A stretch of 64,000 bases of DNA from an uncultured Spirochaetota bacterium (lineage in GTDB: Bacteria > Spirochaetota > Spirochaetia > SZUA-6 > Fen-1364): assembly GCA_963820525.1 (NCBI GenBank), contig CAWGAA010000001.1:2304001-2368000 (forward strand), given 5' to 3'. The notes beneath the pieces were generated by a model. The model saw only the letters and a list, made by a program, of their open reading frames with translations. It made no database searches and was not told where the DNA came from. The position numbers were made by a program, and so were the translations under genes. The first letter of the stretch is position 1; each line of letters starts with the position of its first letter. Of this stretch, positions 58,950 to 64,000 are shown piece after piece.

Positions 58950-59632
58950 TCCCAAACCCTCCCGTCCCTCACGTGGATGATCCTCTGCCCATAGCTCGCC
59001 GCTTCCTCGGAATGGGTCACCTGGACGATGGTCTTCTTCTTTTCATTGTTGATCCGCTTCAGAAGCTTCATGATCTCGGCTCCCGTCTTGGAGTCCAGGT
59101 TCCCGATCGGCTCGTCCGCGAGGATGATATCGGGCTCGTTCACCAGCGCCCGCGCGATGGCCACCCTCTGCTGCTGCCCTCCGGAGAGCTCCCGGGGGGT
59201 GTGGTGCCTCCGGTCGGAGAGCCCCACGAGCTCCAGGATCTCGTCGAGCCTCTTCCTGTTGTCCTTCAGCTTCTTGCCGTCCAGGAGGAGTGGGAGCATC
59301 ACGTTCTCTTCCAGGTCCAGGTTGGGAATCAGGTTGTAGAACTGAAAGACGAACCCGATATCGCGCCGCCTGAGCAGGCTCTGTTCCGGGTCTTTCATCG
59401 CGGACAGCTCCCTGCCCTTCACCCGCAGGGTCCCCGCCGTCGGGGTGTCCAGCCCGCCGATGAGATAGAGCAGCGTGCTCTTGCCGGAGCCGGACGGCCC
59501 CATGACGGAGAGGAACTCCCCCTCCTTGATATCCAGGTCAATGCCTGTGAGGACTTCCACCTTCACCTCTCCGAGAACGAATGTCTTGGTGAGGCTTCGC
59601 GCCTCGATGATCGCGCCGTTCGCTTCGTTCAC
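58946..59632 (-). CDS. ABC ATPase, LolD/MacB type
   Basis: [37 protein letters not shown]. Confidence 0.95.
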   Translation of the reverse strand: MNEANGAIIEARSLTKTFVLGEVKVEVLTGIDLDIKEGEFLSVMGPSGSGKSTLLYLIGGLDTPTAGTLRVKGRELSAMKDPEQSLLRRRDIGFVFQFYNLIPNLDLEENVMLPLLLDGKKLKDNRKRLDEILELVGLSDRRHHTPRELSGGQQQRVAIARALVNEPDIILADEPIGNLDSKTGAEIMKLLKRINNEKKKTIVQVTHSEEAASYGQRIIHVRDGRVWE

Positions 59633-59642
59633 TCAGGCGCCC

Positions 59643-62133
59643 CTACTCGTACTTGATCGACTCGATGATGTTCAGCTTGCCCGACTTTAATGCCGGGCTG
59701 ATGGAGGAGATCACGCTTATCGCAATAGCCGCCAGGATGCTCACCAGGAACACCCGGGGCGAGATCTTCACGGGCACGTACACGTTGATCGCCTCCATCA
59801 GGTACTGAACGAGGAACACGAAGCATCCCCCCCCCGGCGCATCCGATCACGGCGCTGATGATCCCCCCCGTCAAGGACTCGATGAGCATCATCCTGATGA
59901 GCTGCATCCTGCTCATCCCCACGGAGCGGAATATCGCCAGGTGCCGCCTCCTCTCCACGAAGCTGATGATGTAGTTGTTGAGCACTCCGAAGATCCCCGC
60001 TACAAGGATCAGGAGGGCGAAACTTTCCAGGAGCGTCAGGAGCTGCTGGCTGGATTTCGTGTCGTTGGCTTTCATCTGGTCCAGGTCCGAGACCCACGGA
60101 TGGCGCCGCGCCAACTTCTTCTTGAGAAGCTTCACCACCTTCTCGGGCGGGTCGCTCGTCTTGAGATAGATATCGCCGTAGAATTGCGTGGAGGCGTCGA
60201 GCTTCAGGTACTTGTCGGAGACGATGGCGAAGTTGCCGCCCCACCGGAAGGAATTGAAGAAGCCTGCCACCTTGTACCGTTTTTTCCCATTTGCCAGCTT
60301 GAGCGCAAAAACGTCGCCCTCCTTCGCGTCGAACTTCTTCTTCAAGACCTCGGAAAGCAGGATGTTCCTTCCCCCGTCCAGGCTGCCGAGGAGCGCGGCG
60401 GGGATCTTCAAGTCCCAGTAGTCCTGGTACCTGCGGGTGTCGATGCCGTGGATCAGGTTTATGACGTTGCGGGTGCCGTCGATCTCGGTGTTCGTGGCCT
60501 GAAGCACTCCATAGGTGCCGGTGACGCCGCGCACGGAGCGCAGGACAAGCTCCAGGTCGCGGTCGGCCTGATACGCCCACATCCAGACCTGGAAGCGCGC
60601 GTCGGTGTAGAAGCTGACGATGTTCTTCACGGCGGAGAAGCTCACGGTGAAGATCATGATCAGGGAGGAAAGCGACAGGGTGAGAAGCGAGATGTTGTTC
60701 AGGATGTTCTTGTTGTCGCGAAGGTTTTTTGCGGCCAGCACACCCTCGTTTCCTATCGTGATCTGGAAGATCCGCTGCACCCCCCGCGCCAGGAAAGCCG
60801 TCAGGGTTGGAACGAGCAGGATGATGGCAGAGGCGATGAGAACGCTGGATGCCCCAATGACATACACGGCGATTGCCTTGGGTACGAGAACCGCTGCAGT
60901 CATGCCCGCGGACAGGAAACACAGCCCCAGGATAATGCGCACCCGCCGGTTCTTCGGCTTTGCTTCGATCCTCCCCAGCACGATGTCCTTCACGGGAAGC
61001 TTGGACACCCTGACGATGGGGATGAGGGAGCTCACGAAGGACAGGAGCACGGCGATGAGGAAGGCAATGCCAAGGTCCATGGCCGTGAAGTGGATCTCGG
61101 GCCTCATCCTGAAGTCGGCCCAGGGGTTATATGCCATGAGGCTGCTCATGAGGTAAAGGACACCGATGCCGAGCAGGCAGCCGAAGAGTCCCCCCGCCAC
61201 GCCGTAGAGAAAAGTCTCCACCATGAGAACGAAATCCGTGGTCTTTCGCGCCACCCCGATGCTCCTGAACGTTCCGATGATCGGAAGCCTTTCAACGGTA
61301 ATGACCTTGAACGAGCTGTAGATGATGAAGACGCTCATTATCAACACCATGATGGTCATGCAGAGAAGCGGGGTGGTGATGCCGCTTGAGAACTGCTGCT
61401 GTTCCTGCCGGCTCACCGGCTCCCGCACCTGGAAACGCGGATACTCCGCGGAGAGGGCCGTGATCAGGGCGGGAATCGAGCGCTCGTCGCTGGCGCGCAG
61501 ATAGAGGGCCGTCGATTTGCCCCTGATGCCGTAAAGGGAGGCGAGGAAGCTGATCGGGACTACGGCCGTAACGCGCCTGTCGTAGCCTCCCCGGAAAAGG
61601 CCAGCCGGGGCCGCAATTCCCACGACCTGGAAACGTTTTTTCGCCCCATCGAGCTCCATCTCGATGATGCTGCCCAGGGTCCAGCGATACTGCCGGGCAG
61701 AGATCTGGCTGACGATGATCTTCTTCCCGGTGAAAGGGTACATCTCTCCCTTTTCGGCGAAGGTGATGGGGCTGAAGGCATCGAGATCCTCCAGGCGGAA
61801 ACCCCGAAGGCCAACATCCACGGTTTCGTTCCGGCTGGGCTTGTAGACGGCGGCGCCATCAATGCCGCCGATCACATATTCAAGCTCATCCCGATGCCGT
61901 TCGGCCCGGGCGGCCCCGAGGAACCACTCGGACCGAGGCCCCGGGAGAATGACGATGTTGGAAGAGCCGTAATAGGTGCGCATCGACTCCACGAACATCT
62001 TCTGCATGGTCAAGGAGAGGGCATTGGAGGCGAAAAAGAGCGCGGAGGAAAGCGCGATAGCAAAGAGGACCAGAAAGGTGCGCAGCTTTCTTTCCCTGAT
62101 ACTTTTGAAGATGAACTTTAAGATGATCCCCAT
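59643..62133 (-). CDS. FtsX/MacB-type ABC permease with one extra base in a G9 tract
   Basis: Two MacB-PCD/FtsX halves. The canonical tail CFVFLVQYL...SPALKSGKLNIIESIKYE* needs G8 rather than G9 at 59827-59835. Confidence 0.9.
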
Positions 62134-62206
62134 GGTGAGCGTTGTCCGCGGGGGAGAATAGTCAATCCTCTCCCCTCCAGTTGAACACCCCGTCGCCTCA
62201 GTTCCG

Positions 62207-62773
62207 TTACCGGCCGCGCAAATCCCGCCTGCGGAAGCAGCCCAAAAGGTGATCGTTTACTATGCCCGTAGCCTGAAGATGGGCGTAGACGATGGTCGAG
62301 CCGACGAAGGTGAAGCCGCGGGATCGAAGGTCCTTGGATATCGCGTCGGAGAGCTCGCTTCGGGGCGGAATCTGAGAGAGCTCCGTAAAACGATTGTCCA
62401 GCGGCTTGCCGTCCACCCACTTCCAGATATAGGCGTCGAAGCTTCCGAACTCCTTCTGGACTTCGAGGAATCTCTTTGCATTGTTGATAGCGGAAGCGAT
62501 TTTCGCCCTGTTTCGGATGATGCCGGGGTTTGCCAGGAGGCGCCGGCTGTCCTGAGGCGTGAAGCGGGCTACGCGGCGGGGATCGAACCCGTGGAACGCG
62601 GCGCTGTACCCTGCCCTCTTCCTCAATACCGTGAGCCAGCTCAAGCCGGCCTGCGCTCCCTCCAGGATCAGGAACTCGAAGTGGATTCTGTCGTCGTGAA
62701 TGGGGACTCCCCACTCCTCGTCATGATAGCGGATGAGAAGCTCATCCGATGCGGGCCACGGACAGCGCTTCAC
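62207..62773 (-). CDS. tag: DNA-3-methyladenine glycosylase I
   Basis: RCPW, YHDEEWG, LEGAQAGLSW, IIRNRAKI, VNDH..C. Confidence 0.96.
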   Translation of the reverse strand: MKRCPWPASDELLIRYHDEEWGVPIHDDRIHFEFLILEGAQAGLSWLTVLRKRAGYSAAFHGFDPRRVARFTPQDSRRLLANPGIIRNRAKIASAINNAKRFLEVQKEFGSFDAYIWKWVDGKPLDNRFTELSQIPPRSELSDAISKDLRSRGFTFVGSTIVYAHLQATGIVNDHLLGCFRRRDLRGR

Positions 62774-63681
62774 TATGCGCCTCTGTCCTGGGCCGCGGGA
62801 CCTGCGCCTGCCGGCCGGCCGTACATCCGCAGGAACCATTCGATGAGCCTGCGGGCCACGCTGGCGCGATCGGGCAGACGGAGCGGAAGGGCCTCGGGGG
62901 GGTACCAATCCGCTTCATCGATCTCCTTTCCGTCGATCGCGATCTCACCGTCGGCGTGCTCTGCGGTGAAGGCGACCATGAGCGAGTTGGGAAAAGGCCA
63001 AGGCTGGCTCGTGAAGTAGCGCAGATTGGCGATCTCGATCCCCGTTTCCTCCCGCACCTCCCGGCGGACGCACTCCTCCAGGCTCTCTCCCGCGTCCACG
63101 AATCCCGCGAGAACGCTGAAGAACCCCTTGGGAAAACGCGCAGCATGGGCCAGGAGCAGCCGCCCATCCCTCACAACGGCAACGATCGCCGCCGGCGAGA
63201 TGCGCGGGTAGGACACCAGGCTGCATGCCGGGCATTCCTTTGCCCGCTCGCCGGCCTTGCGCTCCATTGCCGCCCCGCAGCGGCCGCAGAACATGTGGTC
63301 CCTGTCCCAATCCACGATCTGGGAGGCCCTGCCGGCAATCCGGAAGTACGCCTCGCCCAGGACGCTGAAGAGCGAGCGGAGGCCCGCGAAGCTCCAGCCT
63401 TCGGGAGCGGGCGCCGCGGCAGGGATCTCGGCTGAAAAGCAGGGATGGCCTTCAATCGTCCCGATGAATTGGCTTCGCACCGGCTCCAGGCCAAGGGAAG
63501 AGAGAGCGCTGGTAAAGGGAATCTCCGCTCCCTCCCCGCTCTTAGCAATCAGAAGCGAGCCGTTCTGGAAGGCAAGCCAGAGCGCGGGGCTCGGCGGACC
63601 CGCCGGCTTATCCGCCTCGGGATGGAAAACAACGGATTGCGAAGCGCTCACGGGCCAAGAAGTGATTGTCACGCCCTTCAA
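62773..63681 (-). CDS. nudC: NAD(H) diphosphatase NudC
   Basis: Zinc ribbon FCGRCG..ECPAC, YPRI, Nudix box GESLEECVRREVREETG, SQPWPFPNS. Confidence 0.96.
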   Translation of the reverse strand: MKGVTITSWPVSASQSVVFHPEADKPAGPPSPALWLAFQNGSLLIAKSGEGAEIPFTSALSSLGLEPVRSQFIGTIEGHPCFSAEIPAAAPAPEGWSFAGLRSLFSVLGEAYFRIAGRASQIVDWDRDHMFCGRCGAAMERKAGERAKECPACSLVSYPRISPAAIVAVVRDGRLLLAHAARFPKGFFSVLAGFVDAGESLEECVRREVREETGIEIANLRYFTSQPWPFPNSLMVAFTAEHADGEIAIDGKEIDEADWYPPEALPLRLPDRASVARRLIEWFLRMYGRPAGAGPAAQDRGA

Positions 63682-63902
63682 GGTACCTGAGCCGCCCTCG
63701 ACTGTCCACCATGACTCACTTTCTTATTGTTTTCATACACTCTGTATCATTTTATCCTTTTTTTGTATCGAAATAGACTCCGCCTTTCTGGTGTTATAAT
63801 ATGCTAATTCTTTATATATAAACAAATTAAGCCTAAAGAGTATGACTTGGCATAATTCCTGTTATATAGTGTTGCTGTGAAAGTGGAATCAGGAGGTGTG
63901 CT

Positions 63903-64000
63903 TTGAGCCTTTATGAAGCTGAGGCGCTCGAAAGGATCGACATCGGACGCTGGATGGACGAATTCTTCAACACCAGCATATTCGGCTTCTCCACTCTTGC
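63903..64000 (+). CDS. Partial CDS of unknown function
   Basis: AGGAGG SD then TTG, MSLYEAEALERIDIGRWMDEFFNTSIFGFSTL..., open to the window end. AT-rich upstream region with TATAAT (63795) and TATAGT (63865). Confidence 0.55.
   Translation, partial: MSLYEAEALERIDIGRWMDEFFNTSIFGFSTL

Noticed and set aside
1..64000. CRISPR array, tRNA, rRNA, IS elements
   Set aside because: No repeat-spacer pattern, cloverleaf, rRNA-like sequence or transposase was recognised by eye. Infernal and ISEScan would be needed to exclude them formally.

Overview
A GC-rich bacterial chromosomal window. It is probably from a spirochaete, inferred from the 'C..GLGDKVD..PP' Ig-repeat lipoprotein type and the Ig + C-terminal barrel protein. 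No rRNA, tRNA, CRISPR array or mobile element was recognised. Contents, left to right: (1) an SH3 / M48 peptidase / CHASE2 adenylate cyclase operon (truncated at the edge) divergent from a TetR gene; (2) a five-gene operon of a soluble ABC-type ATPase, a G3E GTPase, an Fe-S protein, a methanogen-type cysteate synthase and a CapB/SulA-type alpha-oxoamine synthase, best read as a sulfonolipid (capnine) pathway with an uncharacterised accessory module; (3) pstSCABB-phoU; (4) an APC/KimA-like permease, an RraA-family protein and two orphan solute-binding proteins; (5) a 4730-aa Ig-repeat lipoprotein with two families of small inserted repeat domains, divergent from a ~1770-aa Ig protein with a C-terminal beta-barrel; (6) Hsp20, a D-Ala-D-Ala carboxypeptidase, a TPR/SLH lipoprotein and an FG-GAP protein; (7) an AT-rich lipoprotein islet, a candidate 15-aa sORF, FHA, aroE, a redoxin and two gene relics; (8) phoBR-pstSCAB-phoU plus an unknown beta-barrel, with 11-bp-period Pho-box-like arrays at three promoters; (9) a MacAB-like ABC exporter, tag and nudC. 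Two single-base frameshifts are visible, in the second-locus pstB and in the ABC permease.
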